Notes: generated from the letters alone by a model not told the origin. Shown: positions 1-10,100, counted from the stretch's first letter. The stretch is DNA of 64,000 nt from Candidatus Kaiserbacteria bacterium (GCA_016214605.1 JACROD010000020.1:30158-94157); one strand, 5' to 3'. Program-made: numbers and translations.

Positions 1-1
1 G

Positions 2-352
2 TGGCTCTACGGCGTGCTCTACTTCTTGCTCGTATTCGTCTTCACGTACTTCTACACGGCGATCACCTTCGAGCCGCATCAACTTGCCAAGAATCTCCAG
101 AAGAACGGTGCCTTCATCCCCGGCGTGCGCCCTGGGATCAATACCGCCGAGTATCTCGCCAACATCATCACGCGCATCACGCTCGTCGGTGCCTTGTTCC
201 TCGGTATTTTGGCGGTCTTGCCGCTGATCCTCAAGGGCCTGACCGGTATCACCGCGATCACAATCGGCGGCACCGCACTCCTCATCGTCGTCTCTGTAGT
301 CCTCGATCTCGTCAAAAAGATCGACGCACAGACTTCGATCCGGGAGTATTAA
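2..352 (+). CDS. secY: Preprotein translocase SecY, C-terminal fragment (5' end cut by window edge)
   Basis: Hydrophobic C-terminal TM segments (…LVGALFLGILAVLPLILKGLTGI…) followed by gmk/adk/map, the canonical end of the spc/secY operon. Confidence 0.8.
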   Translation, partial: WLYGVLYFLLVFVFTYFYTAITFEPHQLAKNLQKNGAFIPGVRPGINTAEYLANIITRITLVGALFLGILAVLPLILKGLTGITAITIGGTALLIVVSVVLDLVKKIDAQTSIREY

Positions 353-441
353 GAGGTTGTCGTCAAGAAACGGCACGGGATAGCCGTGCTGTTTTTGTTT
401 TGTAAACAGGCACAAGAGGATAAATTTGTTATAGTATTCGC

Positions 442-1023
442 ATGGGACAAAAACAAGTCGTCGTCATCGCGGGACCTTCGGGGTCCGGCAAGAATGCGGT
501 GATCGACGGGATCATCAAACAATGTCCGCGCTGCGAGCGCTTGGTGACCGCGACGACGCGCAAGCCGCGAGAAGGGGAGATCAACGGCGTCGATTACCAT
601 TTTCTCCCGCGTGATGAGTTTGATCGCGCGCTCGCGAGTGGTGATATCCTTGAGCACCGCTATGTAAGCGCGCTCAATACACACTATGGCGTCTACCGGC
701 CCGACCTCGAAAGCCGACTCATGCTCGGCGAAGTGGTATTGGCGCACCTCGATATCATCGGTGCGCGCTACCTCAAAGAGCACTACAACGCGACGACAAT
801 CTTCATATTGCCGGATTCGTTTGAGGTTCTCGAGACTCGCGTGCGTGGCCGCAACAAAGGCATGACCGATGGGGAGGTGAGGGAGCGTATGGAGATCGCG
901 CACAAGGAGATAACAGAACATGCACCCGAATATGACTATCGGGTGGTCAACGAGAATGGTAAGCTGAAAGAGACTGTATTGAAAGTATTGGAAATACTAC
1001 ATAAAGAAGGATATACTTTCTAG
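442..1023 (+). CDS. gmk: Guanylate kinase
   Basis: P-loop AGPSGSGK, TATTR motif, overall Gmk-like layout, 193 aa. Confidence 0.8.
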   Translation: MGQKQVVVIAGPSGSGKNAVIDGIIKQCPRCERLVTATTRKPREGEINGVDYHFLPRDEFDRALASGDILEHRYVSALNTHYGVYRPDLESRLMLGEVVLAHLDIIGARYLKEHYNATTIFILPDSFEVLETRVRGRNKGMTDGEVRERMEIAHKEITEHAPEYDYRVVNENGKLKETVLKVLEILHKEGYTF

Positions 1024-1079
1024 GTACTTTCATTTCGTTTACGAATTAATATCAATAATAACTCCAGCAAACAATAGAC

Positions 1080-1718
1080 ATGAGCAATGACCAGGGTATA
1101 GACGCAAACGGTTCAAGTTCAACTCCAAACAAAACACAGCCGGTAACACTCCTTTTTTTCGGTTCTCAAGGCTCAGGTAAGGGTACGCAGGTCAGCAAGA
1201 TCATCGGACATCTCACGACCAAATCGGATACCAAGGTGATCCGTATCGACATGGGTGCAGAATTGCGCGCTATGGTGGCGGAAGGAGGACACACGGGACC
1301 GCTCGTGCATGCAGTGATCAATGCCGGCAAGCGTATATCCGATTTCATGCCGATCTACCTATCGACCAAAAGAATGGTCGAGGAGTTTACGGGAGTCGAG
1401 CATATCATCGCCGACGGCCTCGCGCGTGGTGAAGATCAGACAAGGGGCTTCGACGACATGATGCAGTTTTATGGGCGCGGTGATTATCAGATCATCCACC
1501 TCACGCTTTCTGAAGACACTGCGGTCAAAAGGCTTCTCGCGCGCGGTCGTGCCGACGACACCGAAGAAGCCATCCGGGCGCGTCTCGTCTGGAACAAACA
1601 GATCGTCGAGCCGCAGCTTGAGCTTTTGCGCAGGCGCGGTAAGACCGTCTTTGATATCAACGGCGAGCAGGATGCCGAGGCGGTGCATAGGGATATCCTT
1701 TCCGCGCTAAAGTGGTAA
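1080..1718 (+). CDS. adk: Adenylate kinase (divergent, N-terminal extension)
   Basis: GSQGSGKGTQ P-loop (GxxGxGKGTQ), position between secY and map. Confidence 0.75.
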   Translation: MSNDQGIDANGSSSTPNKTQPVTLLFFGSQGSGKGTQVSKIIGHLTTKSDTKVIRIDMGAELRAMVAEGGHTGPLVHAVINAGKRISDFMPIYLSTKRMVEEFTGVEHIIADGLARGEDQTRGFDDMMQFYGRGDYQIIHLTLSEDTAVKRLLARGRADDTEEAIRARLVWNKQIVEPQLELLRRRGKTVFDINGEQDAEAVHRDILSALKW

Positions 1719-1728
1719 AGTATCCACT

Positions 1729-2499
1729 ATGATAGCTAAAACGCCAGAAGACATCGATGCACTACGCGAAGGCGGTAGACGGCTTGCACGGCATGTGAGC
1801 ACTTTGGTCAATATGCTCAAGCCCGGCCTTGAGGTGACCGAGCTCGAAAAGCGCGCGCGAGAAATGGTGGCTACAGACGGCGACGAACTCGCCTTTTTTG
1901 GGTATCCGTCGGGAAGGCGTGGGGAGAAATATCCGACCGCGATCTGTCTTTCGATCAATGACGCAATCGTGCACGGGATCGCGAGCCAGACCGATTACGT
2001 CCTGCAGGGAGGCGATGTGGTCTCGATCGACTTTGGCGTCAAACACAAAGGCCTCTACACCGATCATGCCAAGACCGCGATCGTGGGATCGCCCTTGAAT
2101 ACCGAGGACGAAAAACTCGTACGCGGCACTTATGAGGCGCTTGCGATAGGGATCGCGGCGGCCAAGCAGGGTGGACGCACAGGTGATATCGGGGCGGCAG
2201 TAGAAGCGATCGCCAAAAAGTACCACTTTGGCTTTCCACGCGATCTCGCCGGACATGGCGTCGGACGCGCATTACACGAGGATCCGCACGTGCCCAATTA
2301 TGGGACCGCCGGTACTGGCGCCTTACTCGAACATAATCTCGTGATCGCGATTGAGCCGATGATGACGCTCGGGTCCGGTGATCTCTATGTCGACAAAGAC
2401 AACTTCACCTATCGCACCAAAGACGGCTCCCGCGCCGCGCACGCCGAGCATACGGTGATCATCACCGAAGTAGGAGTCGAGATACTGACAAAGGAATAA
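1729..2499 (+). CDS. map: Methionine aminopeptidase type I
   Basis: 256 aa, pita-bread fold motifs (…VHGI…DFG…GHGVG…EHTV…), position after adk. Confidence 0.9.
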   Translation: MIAKTPEDIDALREGGRRLARHVSTLVNMLKPGLEVTELEKRAREMVATDGDELAFFGYPSGRRGEKYPTAICLSINDAIVHGIASQTDYVLQGGDVVSIDFGVKHKGLYTDHAKTAIVGSPLNTEDEKLVRGTYEALAIGIAAAKQGGRTGDIGAAVEAIAKKYHFGFPRDLAGHGVGRALHEDPHVPNYGTAGTGALLEHNLVIAIEPMMTLGSGDLYVDKDNFTYRTKDGSRAAHAEHTVIITEVGVEILTKE

Positions 2500-2500
2500 T

Positions 2501-2680
2501 ATGGAAGAGATTCCGCGTCGCAAAGAAAAGGGTCCTGATACGACGTGGGGGAAGCTCGCAAGACCGGCAGATCATATCGTGATCAACGAAGACTCTTCGG
2601 AAGAACACCGAACTCCCAAAGAAGGGTTTGCTTATAGAAATGAGTTGAAGAAAAATAATAAGGAACAATCCGATACATAA
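2501..2680 (+). CDS. Hypothetical Lys/Glu-rich 59-aa protein
   Basis: ATG 2 nt after map stop with AAGGA RBS; not in ORF track (<60 aa); no recognisable family. Confidence 0.2.
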   Translation: MEEIPRRKEKGPDTTWGKLARPADHIVINEDSSEEHRTPKEGFAYRNELKKNNKEQSDT

Positions 2681-2691
2681 GGTCATCCAAG

Positions 2692-2714
2692 TACATAGGG
2701 CTGTCCTGTGTATT
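2692..2714. repeat. 23-bp direct repeat copy A (tacatagggctgtcctgtgtatt), imperfect palindrome TACATAGG-N5-CCTGTGTA
   Basis: Exact second copy at 3018-3040. Confidence 0.9.
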
Positions 2715-3022
2715 CATTGTCCAAGTTCCCGTTTTTGCTCTTCTGTACGACGGGTGCGCTCCTCGCTTTGCCTCTTCAAGCGTTCTAATTGTCTGGCCTT
2801 TGCTTTCTGTAACGACTCTTCTCGATTTACGGGATCCGATCCTTTTTCGTATTCCTCGATAGTCTTTGTCAGTTTCTGTTGTGCAATTTCTAGATCAGCA
2901 TGCGCCCGCTTGTTTTCAGCCAGAGCTTCCTTCAGTCTATGATCGGTTGTCTCTGTATGCTTTTGTAAATGCTTGCCGAAGCCCTTGAAGAATTCCATTT
3001 CTGAATCATAACAAAAATACAT
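2714..3022 (-). CDS. Hypothetical coiled-coil protein (Glu/Lys/Arg-rich)
   Basis: ORF track 102 aa; start ATG lies inside repeat copy B, stop abuts copy A. Confidence 0.4.
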   Translation of the reverse strand: MYFCYDSEMEFFKGFGKHLQKHTETTDHRLKEALAENKRAHADLEIAQQKLTKTIEEYEKGSDPVNREESLQKAKARQLERLKRQSEERTRRTEEQKRELGQ

Positions 3023-3040
3023 AGGGCTGTCCTGTGTATT
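3018..3040. repeat. 23-bp direct repeat copy B
   Basis: Identical to 2692-2714; ~35 bp upstream of extended -10 of the ATPase gene. Confidence 0.9.
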
Positions 3041-3073
3041 GGCGGAGAGTAGCGACCGCGTATCTGTTTGGGG

Positions 3074-3082
3074 TGGTATAAT
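3074..3082 (+). promoter_or_regulatory. Extended -10 (TGgTATAAT) 6 nt upstream of ATG 3089 (possible leaderless transcript)
   Basis: Sequence tggtataat at 3074-3082, ATG at 3089. Confidence 0.35.
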
Positions 3083-3088
3083 TTTCTC

Positions 3089-5857
3089 ATGGAAACGCGC
3101 GGGATGGAGCGGACACGCTCCGCATCAGCGGAAAAATTCAAGTCTCCGCAGGAGGAGCTTGCCTATTTGCGTGAGCGCGTGCGAGAGAAAGAACGCGAGC
3201 TTGATGTCCCGTCGGGTAATCGGGTCGAGAGCGATCGTATCGCCAAGCGCGAGTTGCGTGCATATGGCGAGGTCCCCGCATCACGCGTCTTACACGAGGA
3301 CTTTGTCATACCCGAGCACGAGACGATCCGCCAAATACTCAAGCTCGAACCGGAGACTCACGACAAGCAGATCGACGGCCTTCTCGATATGGTCGCTCAG
3401 CATGGGATCCGCAATGCACTTTCCATCGCCTCGCGCATGAAAAACCCCCACCTCGAAGACGATCTACATCGGGCGATAGTACAGTATATCGCCGAAGGTC
3501 TGCCATCGTCCGGCTATATGCCGGAGAAGGTCCGCAAAGGCCTCAATATGGTGCTTTTTGAGATACATCCGCAGGCGCAGGTCGCTGGCGAACAGGGGCA
3601 AATGCAACAGCACAAACTGGAACAGATGCTCTCATCGTCGGAGCAATTGTATGCCGGACTCTTGTCGCTCGTCGGCGAAGGCGAGTCTTTTTCCCTAGAG
3701 ATCGCGGTAGCCGAGGGTACCGAGGAGGCATCGCTCTATCTCGCCGTACCACGGCAAAAAAAGGACCTGACTGAGCGCCTGATATCATCGGTTTTTCCCA
3801 ATGCGCGCATCGATGAAAACCGCGGCGATTACAATATCTTCAACTACGAAGGTGAACATGCCGCCGCCTATGCCAAGCTTGCCGAGCATCCGGCACGACC
3901 GTTGAAGACCTACGAAGCATTCGAGCACGATCCGCTCAATGTGACCTTGGCCGCCTTTGCACGTATTGCCAAGCACGGTGAAGGTGCGGCTCTGCAGATC
4001 GTCGTCTCGAGCGAAGGAGATCGATACAATCGCCACTACCAAAAGATGCTTCGTGAACTCGAGAAGGGGAAGACCATGGGTGAGGCGCTGCACGTCCCCG
4101 AGACGGTCTTTGGCGAGGTCATACACGATATCGCATCGTCGATATTTACTACGGATGCGGAAAAACAAAAAGAGAAGGAGCACGAAATGCGACGTACATC
4201 CGACTCGGTATCGGCCGAAGCGATCGGTCGCAAGATCAAAAGCCGGATCGTCCCCGTGACGATCCGGCTCGTCACGTCGGCACCGACTGCGGCGCGGGCG
4301 GAGGAATTGCTCAAGAACCTCGCAAGCCCGTTCGGTCAGTTTGACGATGCCAAGGGTAATCGCCTCGTTTTCAAGGAGGTATCGAGCTGGTATCTGGGGG
4401 ACTTTTTGCGCGCGTTTACCTTTCGCGAATTCGACGAGGGGAGTGCTTTGCCGTTTTCGCTCACCGAGATCACGTCGATCTTTCATTTCACCGCCGAGCT
4501 CGTGACCACATCGCGTGAGCTCAAGAAGAGCTACGCCAAACAATCTCCCGCCCCGGTCGAAATGCCGCAAGACGGTATCACGCTTGGTATCAATCGCTAC
4601 GGCGGGTCCGATACGACGGTCAAATTCGGCGCTGCGGATCGTTTGCGTCACGCCTATGTCATCGGCCAGACAGGTACCGGCAAGACGGGCTTGATCAAAA
4701 ACATGATCATGCAAGATATTAAAAATGGCGAGGGTGTCGCTTTCATTGATCCGCACGGCAACGACATCGAAGACGTACTCGCCTCGGTGCCGCCCGAGCG
4801 CTACGACGACGTGATCTACTTCGATCCGGCATATACGGCGCGGCCGATGGGCCTCAATATGCTCGAATACGACGTGACGCGCCCCGAGATGAAGACGCTC
4901 GTCATCGACGAGGTCTACGGCATCTTCCGCAAGCTCTATTCCGATGTGCCGGAAGCGTTTGGCCCGATGTTTGAGCAGTACTATCGCAACGCCGTGCAGC
5001 TCGTACTCGAAGACCCTGATTCGGGCAACACTTTTGTCGAGATCGCACGCATATTCGCCGACGCGGATTTTCGCGATATGAAGCTCGCACACTGCAAGAA
5101 TCCGATCGTCGTGCAGTTTTGGCGCAAAATCGCCGAGCAGGCGCAAGGCGATCCCAGCCTCGAAAACATCGCGCCGTACATCGTCGGCAAGTTCGACGTA
5201 TTCCTCACGAATGATGTCATGCGCCCGATCGTCGCGCAGGAAAAATCCGCTTTCGACTTTCGCGAGATCATGGATGGGCGCAAGATCTTTTTGGCCAATC
5301 TCTCCAAGGGGCGCTTGGGTGATCGCAATACTTCGCTCCTCGGGCTCGTGCTCGTGTCCAAATTCCTCCAGGCGGCATTTTCGCGCGCCGATACACGCGG
5401 GGATATGCCACCTTTCTATTTCTATATCGACGAATTCCAAAACTTTGCCACGCCGTCGATCTCGACGATCCTCTCCGAAGCGCGCAAATACAAACTCTCG
5501 CTCACGATCGCGCACCAATTCATCGCGCAATTGGATGAAAGTATCAGGGATGCCGTGATCGGCAACGTCGGCACCAAGGCGGCGTTCCGTGTTGGCACCA
5601 CCGACGCCGAATTCTTGTCCAAGCAGTTCGAGCCGACCTTCACCGCCGCCGATCTCGAAAACCTCCCCAATCGCAATGCCGTACTCTCGCTCCTGGTCAA
5701 TGGCAAGCCCGCGCGTCCTTTCACTATCGAGACAGTCAACCTCCCACATGTCGACTACAGCGTGGTCGACATGCTCAAAAAACTTTCGTACGATAAATAT
5801 GGAGCCGACCGAGAAGAAGTAGAGGCGGAAATAAGGCGCAAATTTGCCCAATTGTAG
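3089..5857 (+). CDS. TrwB/VirD4/TraG-family (T4SS coupling-protein-like) ATPase with ~520-aa N-terminal extension
   Basis: Walker A GQTGTGKTG, Walker B-like YFYIDEFQNF, QSxxQL-like AHQFIAQL; C-terminal half paralogous to CDS 58920-60203; TTG at 3068 judged less likely than ATG 3089. Confidence 0.75.
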   Translation: METRGMERTRSASAEKFKSPQEELAYLRERVREKERELDVPSGNRVESDRIAKRELRAYGEVPASRVLHEDFVIPEHETIRQILKLEPETHDKQIDGLLDMVAQHGIRNALSIASRMKNPHLEDDLHRAIVQYIAEGLPSSGYMPEKVRKGLNMVLFEIHPQAQVAGEQGQMQQHKLEQMLSSSEQLYAGLLSLVGEGESFSLEIAVAEGTEEASLYLAVPRQKKDLTERLISSVFPNARIDENRGDYNIFNYEGEHAAAYAKLAEHPARPLKTYEAFEHDPLNVTLAAFARIAKHGEGAALQIVVSSEGDRYNRHYQKMLRELEKGKTMGEALHVPETVFGEVIHDIASSIFTTDAEKQKEKEHEMRRTSDSVSAEAIGRKIKSRIVPVTIRLVTSAPTAARAEELLKNLASPFGQFDDAKGNRLVFKEVSSWYLGDFLRAFTFREFDEGSALPFSLTEITSIFHFTAELVTTSRELKKSYAKQSPAPVEMPQDGITLGINRYGGSDTTVKFGAADRLRHAYVIGQTGTGKTGLIKNMIMQDIKNGEGVAFIDPHGNDIEDVLASVPPERYDDVIYFDPAYTARPMGLNMLEYDVTRPEMKTLVIDEVYGIFRKLYSDVPEAFGPMFEQYYRNAVQLVLEDPDSGNTFVEIARIFADADFRDMKLAHCKNPIVVQFWRKIAEQAQGDPSLENIAPYIVGKFDVFLTNDVMRPIVAQEKSAFDFREIMDGRKIFLANLSKGRLGDRNTSLLGLVLVSKFLQAAFSRADTRGDMPPFYFYIDEFQNFATPSISTILSEARKYKLSLTIAHQFIAQLDESIRDAVIGNVGTKAAFRVGTTDAEFLSKQFEPTFTAADLENLPNRNAVLSLLVNGKPARPFTIETVNLPHVDYSVVDMLKKLSYDKYGADREEVEAEIRRKFAQL

Positions 5858-5869
5858 GCCCAATTGTAG
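5846..5869. repeat. Tandem 12-bp duplication (gcccaattgtag x2) spanning the ATPase stop codon
   Basis: Read directly. Confidence 0.8.
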
Positions 5870-5906
5870 GCTTCTTTCCGGGGCGGAAATGTGCTACAGT
5901 GGCGTC

Positions 5907-6491
5907 ATGCAAAAAATAAAAGAAGAGAAGACGTTTGTCATGATTAAGCCCGACGGTGTCCGTAAGGGCCTTATTGGTGAGGTTATTAAAAGGTTTGAAC
6001 AGCGTGATCTTAAGATTGTTGCGTTGGAGATGTTTCAGCCGTCGCATGAGATGATAGACAATCACTATCCGAAAGATGAAGCATGGAAGGAACGGCTTGG
6101 TAATAAGACCCTCGCAACATACGAGAAATATGGCATTGATGCCGTTAAGGAGCTTGGATCCGATGATCCTAAGGTACTTGGTGAATTAGTCCGTAAGTGG
6201 CTCCTGGACTTTATGACGTCTGCTCCCTTGGTGCGTATGGTAGTACAGGGCGTGCATGCAGTAGACATGGTCCGCAAGATCGCGGGGCCGACTATGCCAT
6301 ACGCGGCAGACATGGGGACACTTCGTGGCGATTTTTCGAATGATTCTCCAGCAATTGCCAATAGCGAGAAACGTGCGGTAGCCAACATCCTTCATGCGTC
6401 AGAAACTCCACAGGAGGCAGAGCACGAGATTGAATATTGGTTCGGTAAATCACCAATATTTCAGTATAAACGCTACGGAGTGGATGAGTAG
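5907..6491 (+). CDS. ndk: Nucleoside diphosphate kinase
   Basis: FVMIKPDGV, active-site His context NILHASE, ~195 aa. Confidence 0.85.
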   Translation: MQKIKEEKTFVMIKPDGVRKGLIGEVIKRFEQRDLKIVALEMFQPSHEMIDNHYPKDEAWKERLGNKTLATYEKYGIDAVKELGSDDPKVLGELVRKWLLDFMTSAPLVRMVVQGVHAVDMVRKIAGPTMPYAADMGTLRGDFSNDSPAIANSEKRAVANILHASETPQEAEHEIEYWFGKSPIFQYKRYGVDE

Positions 6492-6509
6492 TGCTATATA
6501 GGGCTGGTT

Positions 6510-6902
6510 ATGGAAAAGGAGTTTGACATCTGGAACGAGGCGAAAAAGCAGATCAATGCCGATGATGTGCGTGCTGATGTCTTTTATCACACACGTGAAG
6601 TTTGGTGGATCGCACTTGGTACCAATATCGGCTTCGAACAAGATGGCACCGGAAAAGGGCATCAGCGCCCCGCCATTATCCTAAAGGGCTTCAGTAAGTC
6701 AGTGTGTCTGATCATCCCGCTTACGACCTCAAAGAAACGGAATAAGTATTATGTGTCTGCGGGAACCATAGACGGAAAGGAAGCGGCCGCCATCGTATCA
6801 CAAGTGCGACTGGTCGATACACGGCGTCTGGTCAATCGAATCGGATTGTTGGATCACGATATTTTTGAGAACATCAGAAAAGCCGTCAAAGACATGCTCT
6901 GA
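6510..6902 (+). CDS. PemK/MazF-family toxin-like protein (no cognate antitoxin seen)
   Basis: 130 aa, MazF-like core (…RPAIIL…CLIIPLTTS…). Confidence 0.6.
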   Translation: MEKEFDIWNEAKKQINADDVRADVFYHTREVWWIALGTNIGFEQDGTGKGHQRPAIILKGFSKSVCLIIPLTTSKKRNKYYVSAGTIDGKEAAAIVSQVRLVDTRRLVNRIGLLDHDIFENIRKAVKDML

Positions 6903-6912
6903 CGGCTTTTCT
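6878..6912 (+). terminator. Rho-independent terminator (10-bp stem aaaagccgtc/gacggctttt + T-rich tail) overlapping mazF-like stop
   Basis: Hairpin read directly. Confidence 0.6.
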
Positions 6913-6999
6913 GATGTTCTCCCTCTTGCGAGGGCGAGGCCGAAGCCATTTGTCCATCAATAATATGCCCACTTAAAAAAAAGTCAACTTTCAGTCTAT

Positions 7000-7296
7000 A
7001 TGCAATACATTCACCAATCACACTACGGCCATGCGGGCGGGCTCCATACCGCCAAGCCCATCATGGCGATAGACAAGGGCCATGTGTACAACATGGTCAA
7101 TGGTCGCCCCGACACCAAAGCACTCTACCAGGTCAAGGGCAACAAGCTCTATGCGACGTCGCTTCACCCCGACGGTGCTTCGAATCATGCCATGTTTGAG
7201 ATCAAGGGCGACAAGATCCATACAACGATCAACCATCCGGCGCATAATCCCGCTTCGCATACCTTCGTCATTAAGCCGGGGGAGATGTACACTTAA
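7000..7296 (+). CDS. His-rich small protein (13 His), putative metal-binding, internal repeat KGNKLYATS/KGDKIHTTI
   Basis: ORF track; context upstream of copA. Confidence 0.4.
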   Translation: MQYIHQSHYGHAGGLHTAKPIMAIDKGHVYNMVNGRPDTKALYQVKGNKLYATSLHPDGASNHAMFEIKGDKIHTTINHPAHNPASHTFVIKPGEMYT

Positions 7297-7305
7297 GCGT
7301 ATCTT

Positions 7306-7698
7306 ATGAACATCTTGCGCAGACATACCATCGCCCTCATCCTTCTTACGGTTTTCGTCTCGATGACCATGGGCGGGGTGTTTTCATATCAAATGATGAT
7401 GCAAGACGGCACAATGCATGATTGCCCTTACATGGGTATCGCCGTGCTGTGCGACATGACGCCGCTTACACACCTTTCAAAGTGGCAAAATATGTTTTCC
7501 GCTACCGTACAGGTGCTCGTCGTCCTCGCGCTCCTTTTACTGCTCGCGGCATTCATCACCTCACGTTTTGTACAAGACCTCTTTTTACCGATGCAATCGC
7601 CGCCGCGAGCCGTATCCCGATACAGATATAGGGAAAGCATAACCGATCCCTTGCGTTTGGCGTTTGCCCGCGGACTCATTCACCCCAAGATCTTCTAA
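7306..7698 (+). CDS. Small membrane protein with Cys/Met motifs (HDCPYMGIAVLCDMTP)
   Basis: ORF track, hydrophobic segments, copper-cluster context. Confidence 0.4.
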   Translation: MNILRRHTIALILLTVFVSMTMGGVFSYQMMMQDGTMHDCPYMGIAVLCDMTPLTHLSKWQNMFSATVQVLVVLALLLLLAAFITSRFVQDLFLPMQSPPRAVSRYRYRESITDPLRLAFARGLIHPKIF

Positions 7699-7756
7699 CG
7701 ACAGGTGATTTTCATGTAGGTTTTTCCTACGGTGCTTTACTCTATAATCATCTGTT

Positions 7757-10054
7757 ATGGATCATATTCAAACATACAAAGTAAAAGGGATGCATTGCGC
7801 TTCGTGCGCGAGCATCATAGAAAAGACGTTCAAGAAAAAAGAAGGCGTACACTCGGTCGAAGTGAACTACGCGACCGAAACTGCGAAGGTCGCGCATGAT
7901 GCAGAAAAAGTCAGTCCAGAGCAGCTATCCAAAATCATCGAACCGCTCGGCTACTCGCTCATCCTGCCGATGGCGAATGATGAAATGAGAATGTTTGCCG
8001 AAGATCATGCCGCTCACCTCGGTCCCAATCAATCAAAGAAAGAGAAATCCACTGAACTTGCCGAGATGAAAACCAAGGTGACGATTGCCATTCCGCTCGC
8101 GATCTTCAGCGGTTTCGTCATGGCGTGGGAAATACTGGCACAATTCAATGCGGTTCCCGCCGTGCCCTATGTGTGGAGTGAGTTTTTTCACCACATCCTG
8201 CCGCTCATGGCGACGTACATGCTCTTCGTCGTCGGCAAGCCGTATCTTCTCGGTATGTATCGGTTCTTTCGATATGGAAGCGCCAACATGGACACACTGA
8301 TTGGCATTGGCACGTCGGCGGCGTATCTCTATAGTGTCATTGTTTCGGCATTTGAGGAGTCATTGCGCCCCTTTCTCAATGTCGATCATACCTACTACGA
8401 CGTGGCGATCGTCGTGATCGCGTTTATCACGCTTGGCAAATATCTGGAAGCGCAATCCAAACTCAAGACGGGTGACGCGATAGAAAAATTACTCAACTTG
8501 CAAGCGAAAACCGCGCTCGTCGTGCGGGATGGGAGGGAAGTCGAAGTGCCGATAGAGAAAATCGTGCATGGCGACATGATCGTCGTGAAGCCCGCAGGCA
8601 AAATACCCGTCGACGGAGTGGTCGTAGACGGTTCATCATACGTGGATGAAGCGATGATCACCGGCGAGCCGATGCCTGTCTCAAAGACAGTCGGAGACAC
8701 AGTGGTCGGAGGCACGCTCAACACTACGGGCGCGTTCACGTTTCGAGCCACAAAAGTCGGCTCGGAGACATTGCTTGCGCATATCATCAAGATGGTCGAG
8801 GAGGCGCAGGGAAGCAAGGCACCGATACAGACATTGGCGGATAAAATCTCAAGTGTTTTCGTGCCTGTTGTGCTTGTGCTCGCGTTCGTGTCTTTGGGGG
8901 CGTGGCTGTTGATCGGCACATCGTACCTCGGCTTCGCACAAGCGCTTTCGTTCGGTCTGGTGTCCTTCGTAGGTATCCTCGTGATCGCGTGTCCGTGTGC
9001 ACTCGGGCTTGCTACGCCCACCGCGATCATCGTCGGCGTGGGCAAGGGTGCGAAGGAAGGAATCCTCATCAAAGACGCGGCGACGCTTGAAAAATTGAAC
9101 AAAGTGAATACAGTGGTGGTCGATAAGACGGGGACCTTGACCAAGGGCAAGCCGGAGTTCATCTCGATACAAAAATTCTCACAGATGAACGATGAAAAAA
9201 TACTGGCAATTCTCGCGGCATTGGAGAAAAAGTCGGAGCATCCGATCGCGCACGCGATTGTCTCTCATGCGGAGGCGAAAGGCGTGTCCTTGCCTGCCGT
9301 GCACTCGTTTGAGGCGATCAAAGGCAAGGGGCTCAGAGGAATAGTTGAGGGTGCGGAGTATTTTGCCGGCAATGCGAAACTCATCACCGATATGCATCTC
9401 ACGATCGATACGGAAGTGCTTGAAAAAGAGACACGGAAGGGCAACACGCCCGTGCTCCTTGCGACCAGAGAACAAGTGCTTGCTCTTGTGATGGTCGCAG
9501 ATCAACTCAAAGAAAACGCAAAAGACGCCATTGATCGGCTCCACAGCCTTGGCATCAAAGTGGTCATGCTCACGGGCGATGATAAGAACACCGCCGCGCA
9601 TATCGCAAGGCGGGTCGGTATCGACGAAGTGATCGCCGAGGTAACACCCGAAGACAAACTCAACACGATTAAAAAATACCAGGCACAGGGACGGATCGTG
9701 GCCATGGCGGGCGACGGTGTCAACGATGCGCCCGCGCTCGCACAAGCCGACGTCGGCATCGCCATGGCGACGGGGACGGATGTAGCGATCGAGACGGCTG
9801 GCATTGCGCTCCTCCACGGCGACATCTCCAAGCTCGTCAAAGCGATCAATCTCTCGAAGATGACGATGCGCGGCATCAAACAGAATCTCTTCTGGGCGTT
9901 TATCTACAACATCGTCGGCATACCGCTCGCGGGAGGATTGTTCTATCCTGTATTCGGCTGGTTGCTCAATCCGGTATTTGCGGGGCTCGCCATGGCGTTT
10001 TCAAGCGTCTCGGTAGTCACCAACTCATTACGCATCAAATCAAAATCACTCTAA
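7757..10054 (+). CDS. copA: Copper-translocating P1B-type ATPase
   Basis: N-terminal [14 protein letters not shown] transmembrane motif, DKTGTLT phosphorylation site, GDGVNDAP. Confidence 0.9.
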   Translation: MDHIQTYKVKGMHCASCASIIEKTFKKKEGVHSVEVNYATETAKVAHDAEKVSPEQLSKIIEPLGYSLILPMANDEMRMFAEDHAAHLGPNQSKKEKSTELAEMKTKVTIAIPLAIFSGFVMAWEILAQFNAVPAVPYVWSEFFHHILPLMATYMLFVVGKPYLLGMYRFFRYGSANMDTLIGIGTSAAYLYSVIVSAFEESLRPFLNVDHTYYDVAIVVIAFITLGKYLEAQSKLKTGDAIEKLLNLQAKTALVVRDGREVEVPIEKIVHGDMIVVKPAGKIPVDGVVVDGSSYVDEAMITGEPMPVSKTVGDTVVGGTLNTTGAFTFRATKVGSETLLAHIIKMVEEAQGSKAPIQTLADKISSVFVPVVLVLAFVSLGAWLLIGTSYLGFAQALSFGLVSFVGILVIACPCALGLATPTAIIVGVGKGAKEGILIKDAATLEKLNKVNTVVVDKTGTLTKGKPEFISIQKFSQMNDEKILAILAALEKKSEHPIAHAIVSHAEAKGVSLPAVHSFEAIKGKGLRGIVEGAEYFAGNAKLITDMHLTIDTEVLEKETRKGNTPVLLATREQVLALVMVADQLKENAKDAIDRLHSLGIKVVMLTGDDKNTAAHIARRVGIDEVIAEVTPEDKLNTIKKYQAQGRIVAMAGDGVNDAPALAQADVGIAMATGTDVAIETAGIALLHGDISKLVKAINLSKMTMRGIKQNLFWAFIYNIVGIPLAGGLFYPVFGWLLNPVFAGLAMAFSSVSVVTNSLRIKSKSL

Positions 10055-10100
10055 GTATATGAAGAAGTTGAACCAGAATAAAAAAACAGATGAGGTATTT

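Noticed and set aside
3068-3088. TTG start at 3068 for the ATPase, and TTG 63131 for the acidic protein
   Set aside because: Each sits inside a promoter -10 or terminator U-run. Downstream ATGs are more plausible.
3785-5863. 692-aa ORF antisense to the large ATPase gene
   Set aside because: Arg/Gly-rich antisense reading of a GC-rich gene. The sense strand has clear ATPase motifs.
8395-9162. 255-aa antisense ORF within copA
   Set aside because: copA sense frame carries all P-type ATPase motifs.
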